Shown piece after piece: positions 19,095-28,531 of a DNA stretch of 64,000 bases. Position numbers and translations under genes: made by a program. Where the stretch lies: IMG/VR virus record IMGVR_UViG_3300023199_000154, one strand, 5' to 3'. Source of the stretch: an uncultured virus (IMG/VR IMGVR_UViG_3300023199_000154) (taxonomy: Duplodnaviria; Heunggongvirae; Uroviricota; Caudoviricetes). The notes beneath the pieces were generated by a model. It saw only the letters and a program-made list of their open reading frames with translations. It did no database searches and had not been told where the DNA came from. Position 1 is the stretch's first letter; every line of letters begins with the position of its first letter.

Positions 19095-19805
19095 TCAGTG
19101 GACGGTCAGCTCGAAGGTCTCGCCCTTGTAGGTGTGTTCGTACACACCCTCGGGCTCGTCCCGGTCGCTGATGCTCCACCAGACCCAGCCGTTGACGGCG
19201 CCCTTGTTGGAGGGGTCGACTGACTGGATTGCGGCCTTGGCCGCGGTCGAGGGGGAGCCGAAGGTGCCGAGGCCCTTCACGGTGAAGCGGCCGCTCGCCT
19301 GCTGGCGAGCGCCGGTGGCCTTGGCTGTTCGGGGCTTGCCGCCGGCCCGGCCTCGCTCCACGAGCAGGGCCTTGCCCTCCTCGTCGGCGCGAATGACGAC
19401 CGTCCCATACCCCGGGGGGGGCAGGGGCAGCTTGCCCTTGACGAGCTCCTCCACCTTGGCGGTGTACTCGTCGAAGACGACCTGCGCCTCCTCCGCGTCT
19501 CGCCGGTCCATTGCCCGGACGATGGCGTTGATCTCGGACTCCACGGCGGCGATCTCTCGCGAGATCTCCTCCTTGGAGGCCATGTCCTTCGCCGTCGCCT
19601 TCTTCGGCAGCAACTCCGCGAACGACGAGCCTAGCTCGTCGAGGCGCTTCTGCGCGGCCTTCGGGTTACGGACCAGCTCCTCGGGGCTGAGGGGCTCCTC
19701 GGCGGCCTTCTGCTTCTTGGCAGCCTCCGCGCCCTTCGCCCGAGCGGGCTTCCTGCTGGTGCCCTTGGTGTTCTTGGTGGACTTGGTGTTCTTCTTTGCA
19801 GCCAT
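19095..19805 (-). CDS. Basic coiled-coil protein with C-terminal RAMA (DUF4357-like) domain
   Basis: FGSPSTAA...NGWVWW motif; Lys-rich N-terminus. Confidence 0.7.
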   Translation of the reverse strand: MAAKKNTKSTKNTKGTSRKPARAKGAEAAKKQKAAEEPLSPEELVRNPKAAQKRLDELGSSFAELLPKKATAKDMASKEEISREIAAVESEINAIVRAMDRRDAEEAQVVFDEYTAKVEELVKGKLPLPPPGYGTVVIRADEEGKALLVERGRAGGKPRTAKATGARQQASGRFTVKGLGTFGSPSTAAKAAIQSVDPSNKGAVNGWVWWSISDRDEPEGVYEHTYKGETFELTVH

Positions 19806-20437
19806 AGCGTGTATCTCCGTTTTCGAGGCCTCCGTGGAGGCCAGAATTGGGTTGCTATGCCCGCCGGTTTTCGGTCCATTCCCGCGAAGCGCACGAAGCG
19901 CTCCACGGGCCAGAATCCCGTGAGCGATTCAGTTTGTCAAAGAACGGCCCACCCACCGTTCCGCGTGACACGCGCCACGCGCCGCAAGCCGGGGGTTCCA
20001 GGCTGCCCGCCGGAACGGGCAATGTTGTGCGATGTGTGACGCACGCATGCCGCGAGTATTCACGCTTTCTCGCAGGTGACCGGAAAGACACGGCTTTCCG
20101 GGCACGAACGCCATGCCGGCCAGGCATGGCCGGCATGGGGAAACGTCGCTCCGACGTCCCCAACGTGCGCGCGCGTATGGCGCCTGCCGGGCATGGCGTG
20201 GCCGCCCCGGGATGGCCGGCGGGCCATGGCGGGACCGTGCGGGCCATGCGCCAACCGGCGGGGCCTCCGATGGCGCCATGGGCGCCCAACGCGCCACACG
20301 GCGGGCAGGCGCCCATGGCGGCCACGCGACGTCCCTCGGACGATCGACGTCGCATCGACGTGCCCATCCGTCCGAGCGACGTCGCGCCGGTCGAGCGTGG
20401 CACGTGGAGTGCTACGCGCGCCTGCCGCGAAAGACGA

Positions 20438-20893
20438 CTATGGCAGGAAAGCGTCGATGCGACGCATCAGCCGTCGAGCATCGCTCACCAGGCCACGGGT
20501 CACCCCGAGGCTCGCCAGCTCGGCTCGCACCTGGGCCTCGGCGGCATCGGCGCACAGCGTCTGCGTCTCGCGGCGCAAGGCGCTGCCGCTTCGTTCGAGT
20601 CGCGTCTGCAAGCGCGCGGCGCCCTGACCGAAGTCGCGCTCGAGCTCCTTCTTCGCCACGAGCCAGACCACGGTTCCTGCGGCCGCGCCTGCACCTGCGC
20701 CGAGCACCAGGCGAAGCCACAGCGGAGGCTCGCCCGTACCGAACTGCGACAGGGTGCGGCCTTCGGCGCGGCGCCGCTTGTTGACGGTCGCGGCGGCCAT
20801 GCGCTTGCAGGCCTTCATCGGCCTGTTTCCGGAACAGGACTCGACGATGTGCGCGTACATCCGTTCGTCCTTGGCGCTCCAAGCTTTCGGCAT
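20438..20893 (-). CDS. ChaB-like N-terminal domain plus TM segment, putative virion protein
   Basis: MPKAWSAKDERMYAHI..AAATVNK, then LSQFG and a Gly/Ala-rich TM. Confidence 0.6.
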   Translation of the reverse strand: MPKAWSAKDERMYAHIVESCSGNRPMKACKRMAAATVNKRRRAEGRTLSQFGTGEPPLWLRLVLGAGAGAAAGTVVWLVAKKELERDFGQGAARLQTRLERSGSALRRETQTLCADAAEAQVRAELASLGVTRGLVSDARRLMRRIDAFLP

Positions 20894-21195
20894 CAGCTCA
20901 CCCTCCCGAGGAATCGCCGGAACGTCTGCACGTAGCCGACCAGCTCGCGCGCTTCGGCGCGAGTCAGGCCTGCGCCGTCGAGGCCGTCGGTGACGCCTTG
21001 CCGGATTGCAGCCCGCACTCGCGTCGGTGCCTCGCGAGCAACCGTCTCGACGCCTTCACGCATGCGCTCGGCGAGCTCCTTGTCACCGACGATCAGCTCA
21101 CCCGCGATGGCCTGGCGCGCAGCACGTCGAGCAAACGCACCCACGATCAAGCCTGCGCCGGCGCCGACCGCGACTTCGGCCCAGGGAAAGCTCAC
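20893..21195 (-). CDS. Membrane protein, putative virion protein
   Basis: SFPW followed by a Gly-rich TM at the N-terminus. Confidence 0.6.
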   Translation of the reverse strand: MSFPWAEVAVGAGAGLIVGAFARRAARQAIAGELIVGDKELAERMREGVETVAREAPTRVRAAIRQGVTDGLDGAGLTRAEARELVGYVQTFRRFLGRVS

Positions 21196-21240
21196 GACGA
21201 GGCCCCCGCGATCTCTGGTCTCATCCTGGCATTCTGACAC

Positions 21241-21270
21241 GACCCCCACGGGGTGGAAAAGTGGGGGGTC
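21241..21270 (-). promoter_or_regulatory. Dispersed motif copy 5, overlapping a putative sigma70-type promoter
   Basis: Minus strand GAC6ACTTTTCCACCCCGTGGGGG; TTTCCA-17 bp-CAGAAT with TG extension upstream of the 21195 gene. Confidence 0.7.
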
Positions 21271-21673
21271 AGGGCACCGGCCAGTAGTAGTCGAGCTTCG
21301 CCTGCTCGTCCCATCCGAACTGACGGTACCACGCGGGGTTCTTGTGAAGGAGCGCTGCGCGGTGGCTCGAATGCAGCCTGCGGATGCCGAGCCACCAGGG
21401 TTTCCGGAAGTCGCCCTGGTCACCCGGAATCGCGAACGACTGCTCGAACCCGCGCTGCTTCCACTCGAGGCAGATCTCACGCAGGTATTGTCGTAGCGCT
21501 GGCGTGAAGCCGCGCCACATCTTCGCCGCGGGGTGATGACACCAGCCGTTCGGCGAGTAGGGGTGGATGGCACCGAGGAGCGTGATCGCTTCTCGCCTCT
21601 GGTTTCCAAGGCGCTTGTCGTCGAGGCACTGCGCGGACTCGCGCAAGCTCGGGTATGGCAAGAAGGTCTGCAC
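21269..21673 (-). CDS. Pyrimidine-dimer DNA glycosylase/DenV-like (MSMEG_6728-type)
   Basis: MQTFLPY, LDDKRLGNQRRE, HPAAKMW and SSHRAALLHK motifs. Confidence 0.85.
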   Translation of the reverse strand: MQTFLPYPSLRESAQCLDDKRLGNQRREAITLLGAIHPYSPNGWCHHPAAKMWRGFTPALRQYLREICLEWKQRGFEQSFAIPGDQGDFRKPWWLGIRRLHSSHRAALLHKNPAWYRQFGWDEQAKLDYYWPVP

Positions 21674-21843
21674 CGCTAGACCTCCTCTGTGTACGCCCGG
21701 CCGTCGTAGATGAGCGAGTCCGCCACGATCCTCTCAGCCTCTATCTCCGCCTCGAACGGAGCAAGGCGCGGCTTCTTCACTGTTGGTGACGTGAAAGGTT
21801 CGTCCATTGCTAATAGACCACATAGACCGTCTCCCATTCTCTG

Positions 21844-23271
21844 TCAGGACCACCCCATTTCTTCCCCGCGGGGGTGTCGGGTCAGTGCGATGGCCTCCTC
21901 GGCGTGACGCTTGTAGATGCTGTCCTTGCCGTCGAGGGCGGCGCAGGCTCGTGCGATGCGAAAGAGGCTCGCATACCGCACCGCGCCGTCTTTCTGCGAA
22001 GCCATTTCCTCGATGGCCTTCAACGCGGACTTCTTGAAGCCGTCGATGACGCTGTTCGGCGCCTGCCGCGACAGCTCCTCACGCGCATCCACGACACGAC
22101 GCTTGAGCGTGGACGACTCCATGCAGGGAGCCTTGGTCTTCGGGCGCTTGATGAGGGGGACCCAGATGCGGATCGGGAGATCTGGCAAGAGGTGATCGAT
22201 GCGCCGCCAGTACCCATCGATCCGATTCGGAGTGCATGAGCACAACGAAGCCCATCCGCAAGGACAAGCGAGCATCGACCCCACGACCATCGGCGAAGCC
22301 GGCAGCACGACGCGCTGATCGGTGCGAGCCACAACAGCATGACCCTCGGCAACCGCCACCTGAACAGCACCGATCGCTCTTCGGCTGAACTCGGGCAGAT
22401 CGTCGAGAAACAGCACGCCGTGGTGCGCGAGCGACACTTCACCCGGCCGAACAGGCGATCCACCGCCCGTCAAAGCCGCTGGAATGCAGGTGTGGTGTGG
22501 CGCACGAAAGGGGCGGGCCATCGGCCTGGTCACCCGAAGCCCAGATGCACTGTGGACGCAGGCGACCTCAAGCTCCTCACGCTCGGTGAGGTCCGGCAGG
22601 ATGCCAGGCAGCCTTCGCGCGAGCATCGTCCTGCCCGATCCAGGCGGCCCGATGAGCAGCACGTTCATCGAAGCGGCCGCAGCCACTGACAAGCCGAAGG
22701 CCGCATCGCGGTGCTCCATCACATCGCTCATGTCCGGGTACCTAGCCGGAGCTGCTGGTGCTCTTCGATCGGCTTTCCGGCTCCACAACAGATCAACCGC
22801 TTCGGCCAGTGAGGACACCTTGTCTACGTGACGGAACACGAAGTACGTCTCGTTCTCGTTGGCGCTCGGTACGAGCGCTCGGCTTCGGCACGCCACCAGC
22901 ATCGGCACCACCCCGCGTACCGGTCGTACCTTGCCAGACAGGGACAGCTCGCCGACGATCAGCCTGTCTTCGAGCGGCGTCGCGTCTTGCCGCAACAGCG
23001 CGATGATGCCGAGCGCAATCGGCAGGTCGAGATGCGACGTGCTGTTCTTGCCAATGTCGGGGAGATGCGCGGTGAAGCACAGGCCAGGCTTCATCTCCAC
23101 ACCCATCTCCTTCAGCGCTGTGACCACGCGGACTCGCGTCTCGCGGACTTGCCTCTCGGGGATCCCCAAGATATCGAGTACCAACCCCGAGCTATCGCTC
23201 ACACCCACCTCGATCTCGATCGGACGCGCATACACGCCCACCAAGATCGCTGTCTCCACATTCACCTTCAT
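21844..23271 (-). CDS. comM: ComM/YifB Mg-chelatase-like ATPase homolog, catalytically degenerate
   Basis: DLPIALG, GELSLSG, PFRAPHH, PGEVSLAHHGVLFLD and CPCG motifs; Walker A reads GPPGSGRT. Confidence 0.9.
   Translation of the reverse strand: MKVNVETAILVGVYARPIEIEVGVSDSSGLVLDILGIPERQVRETRVRVVTALKEMGVEMKPGLCFTAHLPDIGKNSTSHLDLPIALGIIALLRQDATPLEDRLIVGELSLSGKVRPVRGVVPMLVACRSRALVPSANENETYFVFRHVDKVSSLAEAVDLLWSRKADRRAPAAPARYPDMSDVMEHRDAAFGLSVAAAASMNVLLIGPPGSGRTMLARRLPGILPDLTEREELEVACVHSASGLRVTRPMARPFRAPHHTCIPAALTGGGSPVRPGEVSLAHHGVLFLDDLPEFSRRAIGAVQVAVAEGHAVVARTDQRVVLPASPMVVGSMLACPCGWASLCSCTPNRIDGYWRRIDHLLPDLPIRIWVPLIKRPKTKAPCMESSTLKRRVVDAREELSRQAPNSVIDGFKKSALKAIEEMASQKDGAVRYASLFRIARACAALDGKDSIYKRHAEEAIALTRHPRGEEMGWS
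21847..21874 (+). repeat. Dispersed motif copy 6 (variant, last codons of comM)
   Basis: GGA CCACCCC ATTTCTT CCCCGCGGGGG. Confidence 0.7.
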
Positions 23272-23287
23272 CGGTTGCTCCTTTCGG

Positions 23288-23983
23288 TCACCTGCAGCAC
23301 ACCGCCCCTGCGGTCGCGTCGATCGATCTTGGAGTCCAGTACGCGCACGCACCGCATGAGACGACCCGCTTCTGAACATCAGTCGTGAGCCCCATCGGGC
23401 CAGGGTAGGTCCCACTAGATACGGGAATGCCTGCGCAGCTCCGTGTCGAATAGGTGGTCTCGCCTTCGCTTCCATCACACACGCCAGAACGTGGACACCC
23501 CGTGGCGTCGAGACAGGCCGACAGCCAGAAAGTCTGCAACGGCTCGATGCCGCTCCCGCCGCGGTCGAAGTACTCGGACGGCGTGCAGAGGTGCCAGCCC
23601 TCACCGCACAAGCTCGAGGCGTCTGCCTGGACGACAAGCCGTACCGAACACCCGCTCATCGTCTCGCTCCAACGATCGCCCTCCGACCCATCGGCGCAAG
23701 GTGGACGTGGCCCTGCATCGTGACCTGCATCAGGTGTCCGCCCGGCGTCTGTGGAAGCATCAGGCAGAGCAGCATCCAACCCACCAGCATCCGTGGCTGC
23801 ATCGAGCAGGCCAGCATCCCAGCCGGCATCGAGGGACACCGGCCCGCTGTCCGACCCCGCTTCGACCACTTCGCCATCGGTTGGGCAGGGGTTGCCTTCG
23901 GGGGTCCCGCAAACGGCGAAGCTCCCGAAGTCGAGCCAGCAACCCGCAAGCAAGAGAGCACCGAATGCCGCCGCCCGAGTCAC
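23288..23983 (-). CDS. Cys-rich lipoprotein with DAG linker repeats
   Basis: Lipobox LLAGC, DAG/DAA-rich spacer and GAVCC end; typical of myxobacterial lipoproteins. Confidence 0.7.
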   Translation of the reverse strand: MTRAAAFGALLLAGCWLDFGSFAVCGTPEGNPCPTDGEVVEAGSDSGPVSLDAGWDAGLLDAATDAGGLDAALPDASTDAGRTPDAGHDAGPRPPCADGSEGDRWSETMSGCSVRLVVQADASSLCGEGWHLCTPSEYFDRGGSGIEPLQTFWLSACLDATGCPRSGVCDGSEGETTYSTRSCAGIPVSSGTYPGPMGLTTDVQKRVVSCGACAYWTPRSIDATAGAVCCR

Positions 23984-24116
23984 CGGCCACCTCCGATTCG
24001 TCCGAGGAGGGTCCACAGCACGACCCCGCCGACAACGATCACAGCGCCCTTCCACCCAAGGACAGCGCCTGCGATCGCACCCAGCGCTACGATGGTCCAC
24101 GGCTGCCATTGCATTC

Positions 24117-24620
24117 TCATGACGCGCATCCGATCTTGAAGTGCTTGGGCACCGCCCATTCGTGGCCGCATGCTTGGCACAGGAAGCGGAAGTCTTCGCA
24201 TCCGTCCGTGGTCAGGTCCCAGACCATGGTCAGTGACCCGTCCGCCTCGATGTAGACGTGGTGGACGTGCTGGGCACTTTCGACCGCCATGATCGGGTAG
24301 GCGCTCTCGCTGTATCCACCTTCGGTTTCAGCGCTCGCCTTGCAACGCGGGCACCGGAGTGCGCTCACCCGCTCGAAGTCGGGGTGGTGGCTCTCGACGA
24401 CGAGCTCGAGAACCCCGCGGATGTTCTCCTCGTCGGCTCCATGGTGAAACTCCAGCTCGTTGTTCCATTCCTCCAGGCCGGGCCATGGCCGGTCGAGCTT
24501 GACTGACAGCAGCACGTAGTCGTCCATCCTGGCAACCGTGCCCGTCTCGCCTTTGGGGATGCTCGCGTGGGGGTAGCGATCGACTCTAGTTGTCAGACGC
24601 ACCCTGTTTCCGATCTTCAT
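24117..24620 (-). CDS. Hypothetical protein (SH3-like N-terminus, Zn ribbon)
   Basis: Coupled ORF; CPRC...CQACGHEW. Confidence 0.55.
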   Translation of the reverse strand: MKIGNRVRLTTRVDRYPHASIPKGETGTVARMDDYVLLSVKLDRPWPGLEEWNNELEFHHGADEENIRGVLELVVESHHPDFERVSALRCPRCKASAETEGGYSESAYPIMAVESAQHVHHVYIEADGSLTMVWDLTTDGCEDFRFLCQACGHEWAVPKHFKIGCAS

Positions 24621-24841
24621 ACGACATGCTCCTTGTTCTTGTTCTCGGAACACCACGGTCGGTGGGCTCCAGGAAACTGGTTGCACTCGCGGCATCGCTT
24701 CGGCGCCTTCTGGTAGGTGTTGCCGCACTTGTTGCAGTGGACCTTGAATCCGCGGGCCTTGCCGAACCTGTCCTTGAAGACGTGGACTGCGCCGTAGGGG
24801 ACGTTCGCGCCGCACTGGCACACGATCTTTGCGCTGCTCAC
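24617..24841 (-). CDS. Small zinc-finger protein
   Basis: Multiple Cys pairs. Confidence 0.5.
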   Translation of the reverse strand: MSSAKIVCQCGANVPYGAVHVFKDRFGKARGFKVHCNKCGNTYQKAPKRCRECNQFPGAHRPWCSENKNKEHVV

Positions 24842-25494
24842 GCCGACTCCGATTCGCGCACCAGCATTCCCGCGTCGAGGAAACTGAAGTAGTCGCTTCT
24901 GCCGATGATGATGTGATCGACCACGCGAAGACCCAGCATCTCGCCTCCCTTGCAGAGCATATCGGTGAGCGCGACGTCTTCGGGACTGGGGCTCGATTCG
25001 CCGCTCGGGTGGTTGTGGACGAAGATCGTTGCGTACGCGCCCTCTCGAATCAGCTCACGGAAGACGTCTGCCGGATTCACCGGACAAGTGGTCAGCCCAC
25101 CCTTGCCGACGAGTATCTCGCCACGGATGCGGTTTTTGCTGTCGAGCACCAACACCCAGAACTCCTCGCCGTCGAGATACGCAAGACGCCTGTACTTGTG
25201 GTTCACGTCTCGTGAGCTTCCGATGCGGTCAGGAGGCGGTGGTCGATCCATCCTCCGAGCAAGCTCGCTGATTCCAGCGATGGACTCGCGGAGTCGCTCG
25301 CTCTGGACCATCGAGAGAGACATGCGCTTGCTGATGTCACACGCCGACAGTTTCGGGAGACGCTCGATCGAGCCAGCGGCCTGCAACAACATCTCCGCGT
25401 CCGCTGAATGGATCCCGAGAGCAATCTCCAGAAGCTCCACATCGGTCAGGCTCGAGATTCCGTAGGCGCTTCTCCTCTCGCGAGGCATCATCAC
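24838..25494 (-). CDS. radC: RadC family JAB-domain protein
   Basis: EEFWVLVLD, HNHPSGESSPSPED, VVDHIIIG. Confidence 0.95.
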   Translation of the reverse strand: MMMPRERRSAYGISSLTDVELLEIALGIHSADAEMLLQAAGSIERLPKLSACDISKRMSLSMVQSERLRESIAGISELARRMDRPPPPDRIGSSRDVNHKYRRLAYLDGEEFWVLVLDSKNRIRGEILVGKGGLTTCPVNPADVFRELIREGAYATIFVHNHPSGESSPSPEDVALTDMLCKGGEMLGLRVVDHIIIGRSDYFSFLDAGMLVRESESA

Positions 25495-25718
25495 CCACCT
25501 CCAGTCGGCTTGCGCCCCGACGGCATAAGCGCGCCGGTCGTGTACTCGCGGATGCGCTGCTCCAACCGGTTCTGCGCCCCACGAAGGTAGGGGGCGTCGG
25601 CGGCTTCGACCAGGTACTCGCGATTGCGATGAATCGCGTAGAGCGCGCTCATCAACGCATGCGCCTCGCGAGGCGTCAGCTCGAGCACGATCTTGGGATG
25701 TCCATTCTGGATCTTCAC
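25491..25718 (-). CDS. Hypothetical protein
   Basis: Coupled ORF. Confidence 0.5.
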   Translation of the reverse strand: MKIQNGHPKIVLELTPREAHALMSALYAIHRNREYLVEAADAPYLRGAQNRLEQRIREYTTGALMPSGRKPTGGG

Positions 25719-26164
25719 GGTCTCCTCCTGTGCATGTCCCACCAAGCCTGGGGCACGTGAACCGGGCGGTCGTGGAACCTGTTGTAGGCGCAGGCCTTCG
25801 TACAGGTGACCCTGGCGAAAGCCCCGCAGAGAGGGCATCGGTTTCGGATACGCCGGTCTCCTGCCTTCTCCATCATCTCGATCTGCTTCGCGACACGCGC
25901 CCCTTCCTCCTTCTGGATCAGAGGCTCCCCGCGCGCCTCCATCAGCCAACGGTGGTACTCGAGCACCTCCATTGTCTGGTGAAGGCACGCGATCTGCGGA
26001 CGCCGCAGCGTCGAGCTCCGGAACTCCTCCATCACGAAGGGCATGTCGTCGCAGCAAGGGTGCTCTCGCCTCAACATGCACCTTGCAAGCGTCACGAGAC
26101 TTGAATGCTCGTGTCCGCATCTTCCGTGCACCTTCGAGTGCGCGAAGTAGTAGAACTCGCTCAT
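25715..26164 (-). CDS. Hypothetical protein
   Basis: ORF with RBS. Confidence 0.55.
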   Translation of the reverse strand: MSEFYYFAHSKVHGRCGHEHSSLVTLARCMLRREHPCCDDMPFVMEEFRSSTLRRPQIACLHQTMEVLEYHRWLMEARGEPLIQKEEGARVAKQIEMMEKAGDRRIRNRCPLCGAFARVTCTKACAYNRFHDRPVHVPQAWWDMHRRRP

Positions 26165-26174
26165 TGGACCTCCT

Positions 26175-26516
26175 TCAGACCAGGAACTTCTTCTTCGGCG
26201 GCTCGGGCGCGTCTTCGAAGAACGCGCGTACGTAAGCTCGCCTGCTGGATTCGTTGTCGATCTTCCACATCTGCAACTTGCTCTTGACCGGCATCGCCCA
26301 CAGGTGGTCGCTGCACGCAGGGTTGGGCGTCAGCTCGCTGCACGACGGATGACCGCATATGCCGTACAGGAGGTAGCGACGACTTCCGCCAGCCCCCACT
26401 GGAAGCACCTTGTTCGTGCGACTGCATGACGTGCAGCGCAGGTGAATCACCACTCCGGCCCACGCGCCCTGCTTGAGCGGCGGCAGGTCCGCTTCGCAGA
26501 ACACGCACCTCATCAC
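26175..26516 (-). CDS. Cys-rich hypothetical protein
   Basis: Coupled ORF. Confidence 0.55.
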   Translation of the reverse strand: MMRCVFCEADLPPLKQGAWAGVVIHLRCTSCSRTNKVLPVGAGGSRRYLLYGICGHPSCSELTPNPACSDHLWAMPVKSKLQMWKIDNESSRRAYVRAFFEDAPEPPKKKFLV

Positions 26517-27202
26517 CGCCCTCCCTGGAGGAGGCCGCGCACGCCGGCCTCGAGCCTCAGGAACTGGCGACGCAGCGAAGCGGCGTCCTCCGCGTGTCGG
26601 TAGATGCCGCCGGTGGTTTCGGAGATCTTCGTCAGCCTCTCCGCATCCACGTCGGAGCCGAACCCGATGCAGTCGACGATGATGCCCTCCCGAGCCAATC
26701 GCTCTGGAAGAGTCATGGACTCATGCAGGTATTCAGCCGGAATCTCACGCACCGGCGTGCCGTGGTAATCCGCTCCATCCGACAAGAGGATGCCTCGCAG
26801 CACAGGCTCGGTCCGGAGCGTGAGTAAGTCCTCGAACGCCACCAGCGCCTCGTTCATCAACGTTCCTCTCTGGACGAAAAGGCGACCAAGCGTCGACTCG
26901 GGCGATCGGTGATCGAAGTCCGCCACGATGTCGTAGTGCTCGCTGAAGCTCACGATCGCCACATTCGACAGGAGCGAGGCTCGTATCAGATCTCGAGCTG
27001 CATCCTTCGCCGCCTCCAGGCGCGAGGGGTGCCCGTAGCCCGTATCGGGCCCATTGGCTGGCGCGCTCATCGAGAGCGATACGTCGATGGCGATCACCAG
27101 CGCCTCCTTCTTCTCTGCGGTCAGCTCCTTGACGCGCTCGCGCCGCAACCTCTGATTGCGGATCTTGGCGAGCGCGCCGCCCTTCTTCTTCAAGCTGGAC
27201 AT
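26513..27202 (-). CDS. von Willebrand factor A domain protein
   Basis: MIDAS DVSLS, GT, LLSDG, CIGFG. Confidence 0.85.
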   Translation of the reverse strand: MSSLKKKGGALAKIRNQRLRRERVKELTAEKKEALVIAIDVSLSMSAPANGPDTGYGHPSRLEAAKDAARDLIRASLLSNVAIVSFSEHYDIVADFDHRSPESTLGRLFVQRGTLMNEALVAFEDLLTLRTEPVLRGILLSDGADYHGTPVREIPAEYLHESMTLPERLAREGIIVDCIGFGSDVDAERLTKISETTGGIYRHAEDAASLRRQFLRLEAGVRGLLQGGR

Positions 27203-27338
27203 TGGCGTGTGCCTCCTTTTCTGGAGCCGGCCGACGAACACAGGGCGGAGATACACGCCAATGAACTCCCCGATGCTCGCCGGCCGGCTGCAGACAAGGA
27301 GGCCTCCTTGCCGGCAGGTGGCTTTCGCCACGTTCTCG

Positions 27339-28508
27339 TCAGACCTCGATGCGCCTCGGCTGGCCGACGCGGCGCGACAGGTAGCGGTGCGCCATCTCCT
27401 CGAGAGCCAGTCGGCCGTCAGTCTCCTTGTGCTGCGCGGTGCGCGTGATGGCGTTGGCGATCGTGTAGACGCTCGCGCACGACCCGTCGAAGGCCTCGTC
27501 GATCGTCTCGGGCGATGCCTTGGCCGGGAGGTAGAGCTGCATGTCCGAAGCCAGCGTCGAGGACACCTCGCGCGTGTCGCTCACCGTCACCCCGTAGCCG
27601 CGAAGCAGGTCGATGTCAGCCAGCACGTCGTCGACCATTCGGCTGGTGGCCTTCTCCCACTGCTCGAGTTGCCCTCGCGCTTCGGCGAGCACCAGCGGAA
27701 CCGCATCGCGGAAAGCTTCACGGAGCTTGCTCGCGTCGCCGACGTGTCGCAGCTTCGTGGTCGCCTCGGTCTTCCACGCACGCATGCCGTTCTTGCAGAC
27801 CAGTCGGTAGGTCACGCCGCTGATCGACACGGCCCGGTTCCCGACCTCGCCGTTGAGCAGGTCGAGCCCGAACTCGATCGGGTCGCCCTCCCTCACCTCG
27901 ATCGACTCGCCGGGGAAGACGATGCGGATGCAGGTCGTCGGCCCGCTCGCAACCGAGCGGACCCTGGCCGACCTCGACAAGCCCGCCTGCTCGAACACGT
28001 CGTTGATGACGTCGAAGACATAGCGGTCGTCGAGCTCTCCGTAGCGACCGCTCACCAGAGCCCGCGCCTGGTTGCCTGCCGCCAGCCGGAGCTTGCCGTC
28101 GCGCTTGGCCGCGGTGTCGTGGGTGAGCGCCCAATTGAGGTTGGCGAGCTGGAGCTTCGGCGGGAGCCGCAGCATGTAGTCGCTCGGCACGTTGATGCGC
28201 TGACAGAGCTGTCGGAACGCCGTGTTGCGCATCTTGTAGGGTCCGAGGTTCCTCGCGCCCGGCACGGGCACCGGCGCAAGCCCCAGCGTCGTGGACTCAA
28301 TCGGTACCACGGCCCAGCCGCGCATGGAGGCGATGTGCAGGTCGTCGCCGTGCTGGTCGGCTTCGTGCCGCTGCATCACCATGTCCAGGGCTTCGTCGAG
28401 GCGAATCGGATCGCTCCCGAAAGTCAGCCAGTCCTGCACCTGGTCGTCGAGGACGATCAGCGGGTGCTTGTCCATTTGCTCTCTTGCTTCTTGCAGTCTC
28501 GGTTCCAT
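27339..28508 (-). CDS. DUF932-like phage/plasmid protein
   Basis: RALVSGRY, NGEVG, RLVCKNG, NAITRTAQ. Confidence 0.8.
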   Translation of the reverse strand: MEPRLQEAREQMDKHPLIVLDDQVQDWLTFGSDPIRLDEALDMVMQRHEADQHGDDLHIASMRGWAVVPIESTTLGLAPVPVPGARNLGPYKMRNTAFRQLCQRINVPSDYMLRLPPKLQLANLNWALTHDTAAKRDGKLRLAAGNQARALVSGRYGELDDRYVFDVINDVFEQAGLSRSARVRSVASGPTTCIRIVFPGESIEVREGDPIEFGLDLLNGEVGNRAVSISGVTYRLVCKNGMRAWKTEATTKLRHVGDASKLREAFRDAVPLVLAEARGQLEQWEKATSRMVDDVLADIDLLRGYGVTVSDTREVSSTLASDMQLYLPAKASPETIDEAFDGSCASVYTIANAITRTAQHKETDGRLALEEMAHRYLSRRVGQPRRIEV

Positions 28509-28531
28509 GTGTATCTCCGTTCGGTTCGTGT

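Noticed and set aside
19847..20935. ORFs across the 19.8-20.4 kb gap
   Set aside because: Low-complexity Arg/Pro/Ala translations in all frames, with no RBS or recognisable motif; treated as non-coding.
23272..23637. N-terminal extension of ComM given in the ORF track (likewise for ParB, PolX, vWA and the methylase)
   Set aside because: The extensions overlap upstream genes; downstream starts with an RBS or stop-start coupling fit better.
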